Assembly: GCF_009834535.1 (NCBI RefSeq)
Contig: NC_045697.1
Span: forward strand, 48,610,001 to 48,674,000
Reading direction: 5' to 3'
Length of the DNA: 64,000 nucleotides
DNA from: Camelus ferus
Lineage: Eukaryota
Shown here: positions 39,226 through 52,879 of the stretch, in pieces
Position numbering within the stretch: position 1 is the first letter of the stretch
How the letters are laid out: each line of letters begins with the position of its first letter
Notes under the pieces: generated by a model
Databases searched by the model: none
Seen by the model: the letters and a program-made list of their open reading frames with translations, nothing else
Told to the model about the DNA's origin: nothing
Translations under genes and position numbers: made by a program

Positions 39226-42200
39226 GTTTATGTCTCTGCTTTATCTCCTATCACAGTTAGCTTTGCAGCCAACTCATTTGTTTATGTGTCTGTCTTGTCT
39301 TGTAAACTTAGGCCCCGGAAGGATAGCAGCTATGTCTGAATTATCTTTGTATCCTTCCAAGGACCTAGCACAGTGCTTGGCTTTCAGGAAGTGCTCAGTA
39401 AATAGGAAAAAGAGCTAACGTTATATTCAGAGACATATTCTTCAACAATAACATGGCAGAGCAGGAGAAAGGTGCAAAATCGTCTTGCACGCTGGGTGAG
39501 TCTGCAGTGTGCTTATGATTGTTAAGTTTCTGGTGATTGATAACATTCATTAACTAAACATTTGAGCACCTGTGTGCTAGGTCCTATGTTCTGAGCAGAG
39601 AGCATTACAAGGATGCTCAGGACATATTCTCTCTTCCAAGGAACTCATATTTTGGAAAGACAGTTATATAAGTGGTTCTACAACAAGAAGGGTGGATGAG
39701 TGTGGTGTAGGGGCTACCAGTGCTATAAGACGGAGAGGTAGGAGAAGTTAGAGGGTGCTCCTGGACTTAACTCGTAGGCATTTAGGGTACAGTATACATA
39801 GCCCGACAGTCCTGGGTTCTGCCACTTTTCTGTGAACTTGGCCATGATATTGAACTCTCCATGGATCTGTTTCTTTATCTGTACAATGGATGTAATAAAA
39901 GCATGTATCTCTTGTAGTTGTAAGAATCAAAGGAGATAATGACTGTAAAATATGACATGTTAGGAACTACTCAAATAAACAATAGTTATTCTTGTGAATC
40001 TTAGATCATTAAACCTTCAGAGATTTTAGAAATTATTTAATCAATCCTCCCTCCTGTACACCTAACGTTATGCTTGAGGATCAAAGCTGCAAGTGGCTTA
40101 CCCTCTGGGTGGAGGAGGTGGGGGCTGGCTTCCCTGAGGGGAGATGTTGGAAGAATGAGAGACGTTAAATTGGCTGAGAAGTTTCAGCAAGTAAGATGGG
40201 CACTTTGGAGGTGAGGTTGAGGATTTCTGTTTCTCCAGCCCAGCCCACTGGCCCTCCATTCTCTCTCCCCATGGGCAGCCACTTCGTTTATTCTAATGGA
40301 GACTTCATATTTATATATGTAATCTATGCCTGTATTTGAACAGCTCTTAGCAGGAATGTCTCAGCCCCGTCTGGGTCAGAAGCTCTGCTTCCTTCCTCTG
40401 TATTATTTTTCTTTTCTCAACAAACCTGTACTTTTTCTGGACTGTCAGGGGCTGAGGTTTCTGCATTTTTATTCCTCAAGTATCTAGCATGATGGGCAAG
40501 GAGTTCTATGGAAGTGTTTTGTTTTTTTAACTTTTTCCTTTGAAACATTAACAAGGGTGGTTGAATGAAAGATGAATAACTATATTTGGAATGAATAATG
40601 AATACATTAACAAACACATAGTTACAGGATAGGCTATAACAATAGGTACCTCAAAAACATTGTGTTTATTTTCCAAGGAGAAAAATCAGGTCTAGATTAA
40701 AGCTAACAGAATTGTTACTCACTTATTAACTTTTTCTTAGTTTTATGAATAATATTTTACTTGTCAGTGTTCAATCAACAGAGCTAGAATGATTGGGTTT
40801 AAATAGTTGGACTCTTTTCTAATAGGCATGGCACCTGGGAAACAATTCTTTTCTTTTTCTCCTAGGTAGACAGGCTAATAAAGTTGCTAACCCCATGGCT
40901 ACCAACTTATGTCTACAAGAAGATGATGACAGATACATAAGGCCAAAAGCATTTTTGGACACTGAGTCTAAATTCTTCTCTCCCCACCCAACCCCTAACA
41001 GCAAGAGGTGGGACTCCAATTTCAGGGCATTGGTCTCTCAGACCTGGGTCTGAGCATTGGAAGCCAGTGTGCACATCCCAGAAGCAGGGTTCTGTGACTC
41101 AGTGAACAGAGTATGTGAAGGAAGATCGAAACTAATAGGGGCTTAAGGAAGGTAAGGTCGTTGCCCTCCCACTTAAGAGTTTCAGATGAAGATGGTCCAA
41201 GGTAAGAACGACTCCATTGTGTAGGCTCCTTTTTCTGCTCCACTATTCATAGGGCGTGGTCCTCCAGTTCCCAAGGTAGCAGCTAGAACCCCAGCCAAAT
41301 GTCTGGAGGGGACAAAGAAGGAGGCAGAAAGCCCATACTACTTCCTTTTAAAAAAATTTCTGGAAGTTAGCAAACAACTCTCACTAATACTGCCTTGATC
41401 AGAACATAATCATGGCGACACCAGGCCCCAAAGGAGGCTGGGACATATAATCTATTCTAGGTGACCATGTGCCCAGATCAAAACCACAGTTCAATTACAA
41501 AGAAGGAGGGAAGAAAGACTATAGGGGTAGCAAGTAGCTACCACAAGGGTGTGCGGCCCCAGTACTGGTCCCTGCGTGTTAGGGTAGGTGTGGACTGGGG
41601 TGGGGGAGTAATCATTGTCCCCCAGGAAAGCTCTATCAGATAACAGGCCCATGTAAAGAGCTGTCCTGGGAGTAGCAACTCCCCTTCCCGCTAATAAGAG
41701 CGGGTCACAAGGCTTTGCCCCCTCCTCTTGCAAGAGCCCACACTTACCTAGGATCTCTTCTGAATGCCGCTGGAATGTTCTGTCCCTCTACTTCACCCCT
41801 TGACCACTTTCCTTTGAGATTAGATTTGAAACTGGGCTCAGACACCTGATAAACCTGTAATCTTGGGCAAGTTATTGAATATCCCTGCACCTCATTCCCC
41901 ACAACTCTGAAATGTTAATCATCCATAATAATAATATATAATAATAATAATCAGGCCCAACACAAAGTAGGTGCTTTAAAAAATGTTAACTTACTTTCCC
42001 AACCAAGTGGGCTGTGTGAAAGCGGATGCCCTCACCCCCTGTAAAATTGGCATTTTCTTGAGCTATTCCAAACATAACCCATACTCTAACCTTTATCCAA
42101 TTCTGATTTTTAAAAGAATGCTAGAATATATGGAGTATAGCCTATGTGCCAGGCACTGTTCTAAGTGTTCTGTGTGTGTGAACTCATTTAAACCTCCCCC

Positions 42201-42594
42201 AAACCCAATGAACTAATCGCTACTGTCCCCACTTTACACAGAAAGGTTGAGCGATGTGCTGACGCTCTTAAAGCCAGAAAGTGGCAGAGCTAGGCCGTGG
42301 GTCCAAGCAGTCTGGCTCCAAAGCCTGTGCGCTTAACCGTGAGCAGTAAAGCCTCCCTGGGAGCCCCCCACCTGCCCCCTCATCTGTTTTAAGAGCTTGA
42401 TCAAAGCTCCGTAAATTTCACCGGGATCTGAGGCTTCCCTCCTGCCCTCCCCATCCTTTATCTTTGTAACTCTTAGTCTCTTACAAAATCCTTTTTACTC
42501 GGGTTAATGATCAGTTATTCAACAAATATTTGTATCAAGATTCAGCCTTTGTCTTTTAAGAGTTTACCGTCTTGGGGAGATAAGAAGTTAAAAG

Positions 42595-43125
42595 ACAATT
42601 GTACCATATGATTCAGCAATGGTACTTCTGAGTATATACCCAGAAGAATTGAAAGCACAGACCTGAACAGATATTTGTACACTAATGTTGATAGCAGCAT
42701 TATTTTCAATAGCCAAAGAGTGGAAACAACCCAAGCATCCATTGATGGATGAGAGGATAAACAAAATGTGGTAGTACATACAATGAAACACTATTCAACC
42801 TTAAAAAGGGAGGACATTCTCATACATGATACAACATGGATGAATCTTAGAGGCATTATTCTCAGTGAAATAAGCCAAAAAAGAAAAGGACAAATTTTAC
42901 ATGATTCCACTTATATGAAGGATGTAGAGTCGTCAAATCCATTGAGACAGATTGTAGAATAGTGGTTGCTAGGGTCTGGGGGAATGGAGAATGGGGAGCT
43001 AGTGTTTAATGGGCATGTAGTTTCCACTGGGGAAGAGTGAAAAGTTCTGAAGATGGATGGAGGTGATGGTTGCACAAGTATGTGAATGTATTAAAGTCAC
43101 TGAACTGTGCACTTAAAAATGGCTA
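42595..43125 (+). mobile_element. Old L1 (L1MB-like) 3' region
   Basis: CCATATGATTCAGCAAT...AACAAAATGTGGTA...ACAACATGGATGAATCTT...GAACTGTGCACTTAAAAATGG. Confidence 0.85.
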
Positions 43126-43439
43126 TCATGGCTAAGAGGCTGCAGAGTAGGGGCACCTGACCTGGGAAACTCCACTTGCTCATCTATCCTGTCACTGATA
43201 CAAGAGGTCACTTTGCCTGTCTCCTCATTTCCTTTTCCTTGGCCGGTAGGAAGCATTCCCTTCTCTTGGCCCTCAGCCTTGATCTGTGGGGACCATTGTG
43301 GGGGTCAGGAGCAGCCTGGTAGAGTAGCTCATTGCTCTTGGTGCTGTCGGAATCCTGCAGGCACTGTGTAGGCTCCTGGGGTCAGGACTGGGGCAAAGCG
43401 CAGGGAGCCCAGGGCACAGCAGCTGAAGCTTGAAACCCT

Positions 43440-43755
43440 TATGGCTGTGGCTTAGCAATCCAGGTGAGTGAAGATGGAAGCCTGGACCAGACAGGGGTGA
43501 GAAGAGATGGACGGAAGTGTTGAGATTTGAGAATGGCTGATAGAGCTTGGTGGCCAATGGGAAGAGCGGCATGAGGAGAAAGAACACCCAAGGAGGGACC
43601 CCCAGGTTTCTGGTTTGAGCAACAGGGTGAACGGGGGTGATACTGCTGCGAGGTGAAATACGGAGGGATGGTTGTGTTTGTTGGGGGAGGAAATAAGGTC
43701 TGTTTTCTATTTTTGGACATGCTGAGTTTCAGGGACTTGCAATATAGCCAAGTAG
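43440..43755. mobile_element. L2 relic
   Basis: CCCAGGTTTCTGGTTTGAGCAAC...TTTTGGACATGCTGAGTTT typical of L2. Further L2/MIR relics lie at about 16440-16760, 24920-25120, 39780-39990, 42130-42350, 44500-45140, 48610-48830 and 55480-55900. Confidence 0.65.
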
Positions 43756-46514
43756 CCAGTTACCCTAAAGGAAATACTAGTTTTAATTTTATACAAAGAA
43801 GACTCAGAAGGATCCATTAGGGAGAGCAGATTAAGGTTTGAAAAAGAAAAGAAAAGAAAAGAAAAAAGTAGTGTTTAGAAACCTTCCAAAGAGAATAGAG
43901 GACCAGGCGTGCAGCTTGCATAATTTTGGCATCTTCCAGTGCAAGTCTGATTTCTGATTTATGTTTAGTTCCAGCAAGTAACCCACAATGAGTTTGCTTT
44001 TCTTGGTTCTCATTAGCAAAATCACTGATTGGAATCCAGAACCAGTTCTGTGGTCTTCCTGATTGAAATCCAAGCCATCATTTCCAGGGCTTGAAAGGGA
44101 AGAATAAGACCCTTTAGTTTCTCAGTGCCGTAAAATGCAGCCCCTTAATTTTACATCATAGGGAATGGTTTCTTTGCTTGACTTGCCTTCAAAAGAGTTT
44201 TCACTGGGGAGAGATTTCTATGATTTAATTTGCTTTGTCTTTAGATTATGTTTACCTCCCATTTGGCATCTATTATCACTGCGGTTGCAAAATTCAAACA
44301 TTACTGCTGGGAACCCTGACTGGCCTTGACCTTTCCTGCCTGTCCTCGCTTTCTTATGGCCCCCAGAGCTCGAGGCTACCACCATGTAAATCATCAAGTT
44401 TATACCTGAGACCCTCCTCCCTCTGCTTAAACTTGGCGCAGTTTCTCTTCACATCTTAGCCTAGTTTTCCTTCCTCTTTTGAGATCCAGTGCAGAGAACA
44501 CCAAAGATGGACTTGGGGCACTTGGGTCTGGGGCACTGTCCTACTGCTTGTCAGTTTGTGTGACAACAGAAAAAACAAGAAAGAGCCTGTTGTGATACAG
44601 CGGGTACTTTTACACTCGTTATTCTTATCATGGCCTCCTGGGCCTCAATGTCTTCATCTGTGAAGTGGGTATAAACATAAACCCATCTTTCATACGTCAC
44701 AACACTTGAAAAGACTGACTGCTAAGAGATACGAGAGTCTGTGGGAAACTTCCAGATCTGATTAAAAATATATACAATATTAAGCTTACAGCTTATGTTT
44801 CTGAAGCTCCTGAATTGCTACTCTCCTGGTTTTCTTTCCATCAAAAATACCTACCAGCTCCGATTCCAATGCTCTTTTTACCTGAATGATATTAAATTAT
44901 ACAAAAGCTACCATTTATCAAGCTCTTACCAAGGTAGATAATAATTGTATTAAGAATCCCCATTTAGTTTGGAGTCTTGAAAGCAGGTACAAATACACCC
45001 ATTTTACAGGGGAGGAGAAAGAGGCTCGGAGAGGTTAAAATAGCCAACCCTCCTTTGCACAGTGAATACATAGGTGAGATAGGATTATCAACCAGGTTAG
45101 CTGTGAATCTGGACCTCTGGCCTTAACCATGATAATTTACTGATCCACTTAGCTCTTCACTTTTCAAAGCAACCTCTTCTTCTTCCTCCTCTGCTTCCCA
45201 CTCTCTCTTTCCTAAAAGCATCTTTACTTCCAGGCCTTGAAAATGCGTATTTTGGAAACCACGAGCAAATGAAAGAAATCTGGTTGGATGTTCTCCACTG
45301 GGGGCCAGTCATGAATGTGGGGTGGGGAGGAGAGGGATGGAGGGAAGGGAGGGGGTTAACTGGCTGAAGGAAAATACATGTGACTGTTTGCTGCACCGCA
45401 TCATCTTTACCCAGACAAGAGATGCTGGGGCCGTGGAACAGTTCTCCAGAAGAGGAGAGGCTCGTTGTTGGCGTTTCAGCTGCCTGGTCCCTAACTCTTC
45501 CCTTTTGACAATAATGCTTTCCACCCAAAATCTTGTATGACTTGGGGGTTGGCCAGAGGAGGGAGGGACTGGGGGGCCCAGCCGGAAAGGCGGATGGGGA
45601 GAGAAGGAAGATTAAGAAAAGAAAAGCAGCTGGAACGCATCTCCTGGGAACTGGCCAAGAAGGAGGCCTGGGCCCTGGGAAATCTGCTTGTCTCCTTTTA
45701 GATCACCCCTCCCAGCTGCCTTCTCAGTCTGTGTGACACAAGGACTTGGCCCACTTGTGGCCGCTTCCAACAGAAGGCGTTGCAGATGTCCTGGAGGACA
45801 TGGAGACCCCACTGGGGGAGGAGAAGTACTCCAAGCTGCAAGGAGCCCTTTGCCAAAACAGAGAGATGTCCTTCCAAGGGTCAACATTGCAAAACAGAAA
45901 ATTAAAAAAAAAAAAAAAATCCCTGGTAGAACGAGACTCCAGCCAGCAGGGCAATGAGGTCGACAAATACATGACTATTTAGTGACTGACAGACAACAGA
46001 GGGACTGATCTTGCTAGAAGAATTTTTAAACTTAAGTATTTCTGCAAGACTGAGCTCCTGCAGAGCTCAGCATGGGGTAGGAGCCCATGTGGAAGGAAAG
46101 GAACCAGGAAATGAGTTTGATAGAATGAATGTGGGGAGAGTGAGAGAATCCCCTGTGGAGGATCTTAAAGTCATTCCAGGCTTGTTTTAAATTTAGAGAA
46201 AATTAGGTCATTCCAGAACCATCTTTGGTCTGTGCATGAGGTCAGGAGAAACTATGTTAGAAGATAGATTATATCATGTCACTTCCCTGCTTAAAATCAT
46301 TGGGAGCTTCCATTAGAATATGAGTAAGTCTCAAACTTCCTGCTGCCGGCTGCAGACTTCACGACAGGTCCCTGCCGATGTTTCCCACTTCATTTCCCAC
46401 CCAGTAGGCTCCAGCTGTGCCGGCCTTCTTAGGTTCTGAGAGCTCCAAACTCTGGGCCTTGGCATCTGCTACTCCCTTTGCCTAGAAAAATGTTGTTCCT
46501 GGCCTCAGCTTATG

Positions 46515-46923
46515 ATAGTACTTCTCAAACTACAGGTCATGACCCATTAGTGCATGGTGAAATTGACTTAGTGGGTCATAACCAACTTAAAAAAAAAGTT
46601 AAGTATAATAGAAAATGTATTAGATGTATTAAATTTAATAGAAAATATACTATATAAGGGGAGAGGGTATAGCTCAGTGGTAGAGTACATGCTTAGCATG
46701 CATGTGGTCCTGGGTTCAATCCCCAGTACCTACATTAAAAAATAAATAAAAATAAACCTAATTACCTCCTCCCCCAAAACAAAAAAAAGAAAAACAAAAG
46801 AAAATATACCGCAAAGACAGATATTGTTTTATGAAATATGTATTGTGTATGTGTATTCTGGATTATGATATAATATAAAACTCTTACTAATGAGTCTCAG
46901 TCCATAAACTTTGACAGTCACTG
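46515..46923. mobile_element. hAT-Charlie-type MITE interrupted by a SINE
   Basis: CTTCTCAAACTACAGGTCATGACCCATTAG...TTAGTGGGTCAT ... AAACTTTGACAGTCACTG with TIR-like ends. Confidence 0.55.
46658..46798 (+). mobile_element. Vic-1-like SINE, near full length
   Basis: GGGGAGAGGGTATAGCTCAGTGGTAGAGTACATGCTTAGCATGCATGTGGTCCTGGGTTCAATCCCCAGTACC; AGAAAATATAC duplicated at 46640-46650 and 46799-46809. Confidence 0.92.
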
Positions 46924-46939
46924 GCTTAGGAGTTGGTGA

Positions 46940-47478
46940 TGTATAATTCACGCTTTTTTTTCTTTCCTAACAGTATAACCTAGCAAGACCCTATAGGACC
47001 TTCCTGGGACAGACTTCTCCCCATATAGGACCTTCCTGGGACAGACTTCTCCCCATATCCTCTTCAGTAGCTCCTCTCTTAAGTACCAAGATAACAGTAT
47101 CTCATGCATAGTTCCTGAGTTTTTTCAGATGTTAAAAACCACCACCAAATGGAAGAAATTAACCACTTGATGATCACCAGCACGCAGCCCCCAGACCTTC
47201 TGGTGCCCAAGGACTGAACACCATCAACCAATCAGAATCTTGCACAGCTGATCACATACCCTGGGCCGCTCCCCCCACCCCCCACCCCATCAGCTGGCCT
47301 TTAAAGATGCTCAGCTGAAACCCTTCAGGGAGTTCAGGGATTTTTTTTTTTGGGCACGAGCCACGTGTTCTCCTTGCTCGGCCCAGTAATAAACCTTTCT
47401 TTCTCTGCTCCACACTCTGAGGTTTTGGTTTGTTTGGCCTCACGGTGCCTCGGGCACATGACCTTGCGTTCGGTAACA
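46940..47478 (+). mobile_element. ERV1-like LTR (copy B)
   Basis: CCAAT box (AACCAATCAG ~47227), TATA-like TTTAAAG, AATAAA ~47388, terminal GGTAACA; perfect 32-bp tandem duplication 46992-47055. The 5' boundary is uncertain. Confidence 0.8.
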
Positions 47479-49394
47479 GCAGGTAACAACTTTGATTTAC
47501 AAGAAGCTTTCTGATCTCTTTGTAGAGGCACTATTATAAATGTTCGATAGAAATGAATTGAGCCTGGCCTCAAAGATCATTAACCAGCTTTAAAAAGTTT
47601 TCACATCTGCTTGAAAGCTGGTTAGTGTCTTCCTGCTTCCAGGCTCCAAGCCTTTGTGGTGTTAATAGGCGAAAGATAGCATGTGGGAGCCATGATTAAA
47701 AGTTCTATAGCAGACATTGCTGTTTAGCCAACCCAACAGCCTTTCCCAGACTCCTATTTGCTTGCCATATTTTACTGCAGAGCCTGGAAAAGCTAAATAT
47801 CCCACTCTTCAGATGCCCTTGCAGCTAAGGATGGCCATGTGACACCGATCTGGTCGGTGAGACGTAAATGAAAGTCTGCTTGAATATTGTTGGACATTTT
47901 TTTTTTTTTTGCTTTTCTAATAAAAGAAGCTCTGGTTGGCATTGCCTACACCTCTCCTTCCTACTCTGAATGAGGACTTGACGCCTAGAGCTGTTTTGAA
48001 TCAGCAGCAGCCATATTTTGATGATGAGGGAAAGTCCTAGAAAATCAGAGATGCTGGCTCTGATAACTGGGAATTCTGTAAGCTCTACTCATGTCACATT
48101 TGCTGATGTCCCAGTGGCTAATGCCAAGCTCAGAGTCAATATGGCAGAGAACCACACAAGGGTGTGGATACCAAGAAACGTGATTCACTCGAGTCCTTAG
48201 TATAACAATCTACCATTCCCTTCCTCAGGACACTGTATTTCCATCTATTGGAAAATTGTTATAGTATACTTATTTTATTAGAACAAGTCACTTGGCTGTC
48301 ATCTGCTTAAAAATTATTGTAATAAATATGCAAATTTGTGATGTCTAAAATGTGAATGGTACCCTTTTAGATTTAGCATCATGGTGCAGTGCACAACCCA
48401 CACAACCATATCTAGTGGCCCTAATAAGTCTTCTCAGCTCACTTTGTGTGTGAGGATCAGGCTCAAGCTTTATGTGTCTTTGGTGCTTCACACCTAATAC
48501 CATGCCTGATATTTTATAAATACATGATTCTTCTGTCACTTTCTCCAAATTCCATTTGCCTACCACAGAGCTGCCAGGGTTAACTTTTTAAACAAAATAA
48601 AAATAGCAACTAATATATTTTGAGCCCTTCTAATTTAATGTTCCAGGCACTGGGCTAAGTATCTCATTTAATACTCATGACAACTTTAGGAAGCAAGCAT
48701 CTTTATTATTCCCATTTTATAGGTGAGAAAATTGACATTTAGACATATTTTGTAACCTGCCACAAATCACACAGCTAGTTCAAGGCAGAGTAAAACAAGT
48801 TTGCCTCCAAAGCAATATTTCTCACAGCGAGATCTCTGTACCATCTGCAGCAAAATCACTGAAGGTACTTGTTAAAAATCCAAAGTCCTGGGCCCCACCC
48901 CAGACTTATGAAGGCTTCAGCCTCTGTGCATGGTTTACCAGGTTCTTCATAATTTCATCATTGCCTTCCTTTCTTCCTTCATCTTGGCTTGGCCGTCTCC
49001 ACTGCCTCCCAGTACCTGCACGCAAATGTACACACAGCAGATACACGCAGAACTCAACATACTGGGATATGCTGGTTCCTCACCTTCGAACCTGCACTCA
49101 CATAGTTCCTTCCTGGGATAACTTCACTTCCATTTCTTCCCACTTAGGCCGCAGTCTGCTGAAATTCCTTTTATCCTGCAAGGCTCAGTTTAAAAGCTAA
49201 CTTCTCTGAGCAGCCCTTCCTATTGCCTCTCCCACCAAATGGCTGATGCTTCTGAGCTTTTCTCAGTATTCACCGTAAGCTCTACACCACACTTACCAAG
49301 CAGCCTGCTGGTTTTTTCCCTCACGTCTTTATTCTTATCATATTTCTCACGTCTCACTTGCTCTGACCTCAGTGGGGCATTCAGTGAGTTTCAA

Positions 49395-49665
49395 TTTTTT
49401 TCCTTTTCGATGCAACTGACACATAACACATTAGTTTGAAGTGTATAACATAATGATTCAATATTTGTATTCATTGTGAAATGATCATCTCGATAAGTCT
49501 AGTTAACATCCATCACTGCACAGATCCAAAACTTTTCTTGTGATGAGGACTTTTAAGATATACTCTGTTAGCAACTTTCAAATATGCAATACAGTATTAT
49601 TAACTATAGTCACCATGTTGTACATTGCATACCCATGACTTGTTTTATAACAGAAGTTTATACCT
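49395..49665 (-). mobile_element. L1 (L1MA-like) 3' end
   Basis: CTGACACATAACACATTAGTTT...TAGCAACTTTCAAATATGCAATACAGTATTATTAACTATAGTCACCATG. Confidence 0.8.
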
Positions 49666-51029
49666 TAATAATTTTTAATGTTTTTTAATAAAGTCAAATG
49701 CTTTAAAACAATACTTCTAATGTAAAAATCATAACTTCTTAATAAACTAGGTCTCATATCTCAAATGAAACTAAAAAAACAAACACAACCACAAAGCAAG
49801 ACATCATTTAAAAAAAGCAGGAATAGGAAGAAATGCTAGTATTTAGAGTAAGTATAGATTCAAGGATATTTCCTTGTTTTTATTTCATTTTTATTACAGA
49901 AAATTCAAATATACACCAAAGTAGAGACCAGCACACTGTTTCCTGGAGTACCTATCACCCAGCAGTTACCACCATGCTGCTGTTCTTTCAAATGGTGCAA
50001 ATTCTAAAATGCTATTATTAATTCAAAAACAGAAAGCTAAAAGCAATTTAGTTAATTTTAAAACACCCTTGTGTGTAATACTGAAAAAACCAGCCATAGT
50101 TTAAAAAGAATGACATTAACAGTTAGTATCTAGTCATTGGTGATGAAAACCTACAGGAGGGAATGGGAATCAACAGTTTCCTACTCTAAGCAGCTTTTGG
50201 GGAGGAGTGAAAAGAAGATGGGGTCTCAGACTGCCCTGGCCTGGGGGCTGGGCTGACAGGTGGGGGTGTCAAATACTTTTTGCTTTCCTGCTCAGATTCA
50301 TTAGTGGCTGGTTGAAAGCTAGATGAGAAAGTGATGATAACTGGGCCAGAAGTTTCTTTGAAGGGAAATGGATATCTAAGGTTTTGACTTCCGCCATGAA
50401 TTCACAGTGAATCTTATTTTTAGATGTCAGATGATGTCTTTTGGAAACAGTCCAATTATAGTGTTTTGTGAGTGCGTGTTATACATTCATTTGTTTACTG
50501 TAAACATTTAAATTATCCTACAATTTGTGACTTTATCAATTTTTAAAAAAAGCATTCTGGGAGCCTCAGCAAATGGCAGTGGCCTGGGATGCTCCTGACC
50601 TCCGTAAGACTCTGGTGGAGGTTAGAAGGATTCAGAAAACCTTGTGCCCTTCAGTGTTGCCCCTGGTTTTCTTCACAGGTGGCTCCTGTCTGAAACTGAT
50701 GGAAATAGTGCCAAAGTTAGAACGGTGTCCACGAATGGCAAAAAGACCAAGAAACCATCGGGTAAGGAGGCTGAAGATACACGGTTGGAGAAGCAGCAAG
50801 GAAAAAATAAGAGAGAGAGAGATGGGGTGGACATAATAAGTCTGGACCTGCGAGACAGGGGAGACCCTCCGTGGACTCGTGGGGGCCACAATAGGAAATC
50901 TGGACTTTTATTTAGTACAAATGTTTTTGCCTCTCTTACAGAGGAGAAATCTTTCATATCCTCTCAGGGTACAAAAAAGCCAGGGTCTTAATAATTAGTT
51001 TTTTTAAAACTTGAAAGCAAATCCCAGGG

Positions 51030-51790
51030 TGCCTTCCGTAGACGGACACTCAGGGAGAGCCTGAATTCCCTTGTCTTAGAAGAAAAGGAACGCTAGGAGG
51101 CTTCCAACCCCCGCACCCTGGGCAGGCAGCTCTGACAGAGCCCTCTCAGATCCCTGGGAGGGCTTCCTGGCTTGTCGCGCAGGCGGACAAGAAGAGGAAT
51201 TCAGGGTTTCCTTGTAGGTGTGCCGACCCGAGAAGGGGAGCAGCCCTTAGCAAAGCAAGGAGTAAGAATTGCTGACAAGCTTCACCCCCCACCCCCCGCA
51301 AAGAACGCGGGAAGTCTCCGTAGAGTTGATGGTGTCCTGGAGAAAGGGTGGCCTTGGTGAAAACTGCAGGGTCAGCTCGATGCTTGGAATGACCGCTCCC
51401 GACTGCCCTGCCCTTTCTAGGCTCTCCTCCTGAAGGGGAAGGATGTACAAGGGGAGGGAAGGCTCCCTCACACAGGGAAGGCTGTTGGGCGGGGAAAGAG
51501 AGCTAGCGTCTGGGAGAACCGCCAATAGACATGGTCCCCGGGGCGGCCCGCTAATGAGCTCATCCATCCAGGCAGGTTAAATGACAGGTAAGTGTCGCCC
51601 GAAATGCAGTTCACACAGCTGAAAGTCACAGAGGGAAAGATACGCAATCGCGATCCTTTCCTTTGCATGCGATTCACGGCGGAGGGGTTGCAGGAGAGGG
51701 CGGAAGGATAGACTAAAAGAGAGAATGCATTTTTCCCCCTCTCCTTTTCTTTTCTAGTAGCAAGGGTGTAGAGCGTAAGCGTGGCATTTC
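51030..51790. promoter_or_regulatory. CpG-enriched segment with GC box, CCAAT box and consensus splice donor
   Basis: GGGCGGGG 51487-51494, GCCAAT 51521-51526, CAG|GTAAGT at 51587/51588; CpG clearly above flanks. Confidence 0.45.
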
Positions 51791-52879
51791 TCAGAAATCT
51801 AAAAATAAAAGTGATTTTTTGTCACAGATTTAATTAATATTTCCCAAGTATTTTTGACTTGCAGCGCCAAATTAATTTGATTGTAAGCTGTTTAGGGCTC
51901 TTGCTAGTGAATGAACACATGCTCTTGGGCGTCTCCCCCCAGTCCCCAGTAGAAGAACACAATGCTAGGCTTTTGCAGTCCAAGTATATGCAACAAGCTG
52001 CTGCTGTTTTATGTCTATATATAAAGAGAAGCCACATGGAAATGTGAATGAGGCATGAGAGTCCAAGATTTTAATAAATACCAAACAGGAAAAACTAAAA
52101 GTACTTGCTTGGGATGAATGGTGTTCTTTGCCAACTGTCTGTTAAAGCATTTTGATTCCAATTCAGGAAGGAGGGCAGGAAGGGAGTGAGAGGCAGGAAG
52201 GAAACCTCTTCGGGTGCATGGGGTAATGCTAATACATTCATTCCTGCTTCCCACGCCCATGGCATCTTTCTCCTTTAGAACTCTATTTTTATCTGTGCTC
52301 TCTTTATAGCTTCTTTCAACAGTTTTCAGCTTACAGATGGGTGATGAGGCATGAAGAAGGTGAAGTATCCAAACTGGATCCCAATATGAACCTGGTTTCA
52401 AGTAGAGTTTCTTTAAGACCTGCCACAAGCTTAACCCCCAGCAAGCTACTTCATCTCCCATTCCTGGGCATTTGCAAGCACCGAGCCGGAGCCCACGGGA
52501 GCAGGAGAGGAGCAGAAGGGCCATTATTTGGTTGTGGCCTCCTGGTTATCAAGGGCCTCACATACGGCCTTTTGGCATTATCTCCAGATAAGCCTATGCA
52601 TGCAGTCATTATATTAGTGCATGCATGTCAAGAGCTTTGGTTTATTAAAAGATCTTTAAAACACACCACAATTAAAGTTTTTGTAACTGTTCTGGCATGT
52701 CTCCATTTCAAAACATATGTTCAGAGCGTCAAATGAAGTAGCCCAGGCCTCTATCACCTTCTAAGACTTGAGTACACTGTGATCAAACGCACACAAGCAG
52801 GGAGTAATCTTTCCTGCGTCCAGCGTCATCCTTGATGAAGTGGAGGGTAGAAGTTCCCCTCAAGTGGTCTCCCCCACTA

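Noticed and set aside
46658..46735. tRNA-Ala-like sequence (also at the other SINE heads)
   Set aside because: These are followed by SINE body, A tail and TSDs and are mutually diverged, so they are SINEs rather than tRNA genes.
37550..46940. Possible intact provirus between the two LTRs
   Set aside because: No gag/pol/env-like translation, no evident PBS, and the interior is filled with older repeats.
7299..50021. Numerous 60-170 aa ORFs in the intergenic stretch
   Set aside because: Many start at GTG/TTG, overlap repeats and show no recognisable domains, consistent with chance ORFs.
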